In this document: positions 63,401 through 64,000 of the stretch, in pieces | Layout of the letters: the number at the start of each line of letters is the position of its first letter | Position numbering within the stretch: the stretch's first letter is position 1 | NCBI GenBank assembly: GCA_017452445.1 | Contig: JAFTMH010000004.1 | Coordinates: 200,385-264,384, forward strand | From: Clostridia bacterium | GTDB taxonomy: Bacteria > Bacillota > Clostridia > Christensenellales > UBA1242 | Length of the DNA: 64,000 nucleotides | Reading direction: 5' to 3' | Notes under the pieces: generated by a model | The model's database searches: none | Told to the model about the DNA's origin: nothing | What the model saw: the letters and a program-made list of their open reading frames with translations, nothing else | Position numbers and translations under genes: made by a program

Positions 63401-64000
63401 AGAAATACCAATATCTGTTTCCGTAGTTTGTTGTGTAAGAGCTTTCCCAGTTGCTTGTTGATGGAGCAGTGCTTCCGCAACCAAAGAATGTGTCGTAAGA
63501 ATATCCGTTTGCATATGCTTGCAACCAAACTTTATCCATATTACTGAAAAGTAAGTAGTAATAATCCAAACGGAAATAATATACACCACTTACATACAAG
63601 TGATCGGTGCTAGTTCCACCAGATGAAGACACCTCTGTTTGATATGAAACTGATGGAGATGTAGGCCAATACCAACAAGTGCTTGTGTCTTTGTTGAGAT
63701 AGATACTTGACAAGTAAGCTCTGTTGCTATAGTTGTAAACCCCATCACCCAAAATATGTCTAACATTGAGAGTGATGTCGATATCAACTGTTGCGTTTGC
63801 TTCTGTTTGTTCGTCTCCTTCTTCAGCCTTTTGTCCCGCAACTTGCATTTCTTCTGGGTCAGAGCCAATTTCTCCATCTTCACCATTGTCGTCATCTACG
63901 ACAACTTGCGAACTGTCAGGATTTGGACTTTCGCCCTTTTTGTCGCAACCGGTCAAAAAAAGACCAACGCCCCCAACGGCGATTGCAAAAACAAAAATAA
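60429..64000 (-). CDS. giant S/T/Y-rich lipoprotein (more than 1175 aa, 5' end beyond the window) with InlB-type B-repeats, a duplicated ~118-aa module and a DUF6273-like C-terminus
   Basis: The reading frame stays open upstream of the track start: ...IFVFAIAVGGVGLFLTGCDKK gives a signal peptide with lipobox L-T-G-C. Flg_new-like repeats RYTITYSGNGGS...GYTF...LTAQW, RYTITYAKGTG...GYQF, YGVAYGTLP...YTFQGW...IYAQW. C-terminal IEPIKWWV...FWTRD...GVRF. Terminator 60393-60420. Confidence 0.8.
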   Translation of the reverse strand, partial: IFVFAIAVGGVGLFLTGCDKKGESPNPDSSQVVVDDDNGEDGEIGSDPEEMQVAGQKAEEGDEQTEANATVDIDITLNVRHILGDGVYNYSNRAYLSSIYLNKDTSTCWYWPTSPSVSYQTEVSSSGGTSTDHLYVSGVYYFRLDYYYLLFSNMDKVWLQAYANGYSYDTFFGCGSTAPSTSNWESSYTTNYGNRYWYFYNSTNTTSSSTANSNAGSSLQGTYYFTFRRRYTITYSGNGGSVPVSSATAYAHRPYTISSTYPTRTGYTFNNYYCSNGSYYSPGSQIAASSITANRTLTAQWTINTYTLTVKYYSSNVSNATNIKATQSSCTISGEASSGGSLTVKHTYYTSSRTVTIAAANTSYSYYIAVGSTPTTSSAVGSTTYSWTPSSSTTINVYIKQRYTITYAKGTGNWSATLPSTQYKAYGTDVDVYTSPASATGYQFVCYSTNANGTGTQYTPGEAYKNNSNVTLYTQYQPVVSDLIFSNNGGSGATTGISGVQVFTPYRFELNSSGYYESQNFGIHYSFAIAKVAFSTTAANQTVTFQYINSGEGSCDFGIFGALDKTMDYSYATTDPNQHLKITTNSTSAYTTSYSVATAGSHFIYVKYRKDVSVNSGNDSLQFKCTTHTITVTSPYQTFVNSSGYYETKNNGIHSSYAMSKIQFTATAGATLNIDYICYAESSFDYVQFGNVDAVLDENYSSSTNVNTSVTSSSSSVRRFSYTNLTAGTHFVYIKYRKDGSANSGNDNLQFKIYGTKAYGVAYGTLPTPSRSYYTFQGWGTGTGSGVNVYTTTSSTSTSSTTIYAQWNAVSVTTTVYIYTYNKAGTASNSATGGSASITYTKVASGVASAASATLSAASTSYYAHAGSSFSISANPASGYVLVGIGTSTTSTATSAPSSVYSTTLGSSAKTIYICFRQVGAQVVYKDGSNYLYTNYGEAPQTYADKIQSGLNATLRNTAAASTMTFFGKTYSTVNHSTGTYVRVAYNGANYHYRIEPIKWWVKTTTSSSYGATTTSVDAITDKILIASVYNASQSVAEGWGYTSSDLYKWTEAAQSTFKFSSNLASTSREYMAYGAANTDGVPSTSSTNKTTVQVASLKEIQNIEYSGGDGGHNAIYTDFAACVAGLGYQTSDLYRDFWTRDLDRRRPNAISATTAKSGSSYALTTIGSYVDEVKGVRFTARFSELTRL
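61743..62486 (-). repeat. tandem duplication of a ~118-aa protein module inside the giant lipoprotein gene
   Basis: Copy 1 is 62127-62486 (PYRFELNSSGYYESQNFGIHYSFAIAKVAF...AGSHFIYVKYRKDVSVNSGNDSLQFK). Copy 2 is 61743-62096 (PYQTFVNSSGYYETKNNGIHSSYAMSKIQF...AGTHFVYIKYRKDGSANSGNDNLQFK). Confidence 0.8.

Noticed and set aside
1-64000. Window-wide look for CRISPR arrays, tRNA or rRNA genes, riboswitch-like leaders, transposases, integrases, phage genes, toxin-antitoxin pairs and known defence genes.
   Set aside because: No direct-repeat/spacer arrays, no cloverleaf-like GC-rich segments in the intergenic gaps, and no ORFs with recombinase, nuclease or helicase motifs. The window appears to be core chromosome plus large surface-protein genes.

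Overview
AT-rich chromosomal segment that looks like a low-GC Bacillota (Clostridia-like) genome using the standard genetic code. All family calls are by-eye motif recognition; no searches were run. I call about 53 protein genes, roughly four fifths on the minus strand, packed into operons separated by clear rho-independent hairpins.

The core content is housekeeping:
- ftsK-rimO-pgsA
- an mreB-like gene and minDE
- tsaE-tsaB
- RNase J, greA, gpmI and murG
- a type IIA topoisomerase pair (probably parE-parC)
- hpf
- an amidohydrolase-like/tex/mini-mcsA/mcsB/clpC operon
- a Y-family DNA polymerase
- secDF

Between these sit three very large predicted surface proteins:
- a 1270-aa CBM-like protein with a C-terminal TM helix and a cytoplasmic coiled coil
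- a ~1690-aa GLUG-motif protein
- a lipoprotein of more than 1175 aa with InlB-type B-repeats, which runs off the 3' end of the window

The ORF track marks alternative starts (TTG/GTG) as M, so I trimmed many N-termini to an ATG with a Shine-Dalgarno (SD) sequence. Two genes below the track's 60-aa cutoff were found by hand: a 56-aa 2x[4Fe-4S] ferredoxin and a 47-aa McsA-type zinc-ribbon protein.

I saw no rRNA, tRNA, CRISPR array, transposase, integrase, phage genes or recognisable defence system.

The most unusual items:
- a three-gene operon next to a minC-less minDE pair, encoding a degenerate Ppx/GppA-like protein, a membrane-anchored HtrA-like protein with all triad positions substituted, and a divergent MreB
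- several other apparent pseudo-enzymes
- several promoters whose -10 box lies 6-8 nt from the ATG, suggesting leaderless mRNAs
- two orphan genes with near-perfect sigma-A promoters

None of these amounts to a clearly defined new system on sequence evidence alone.
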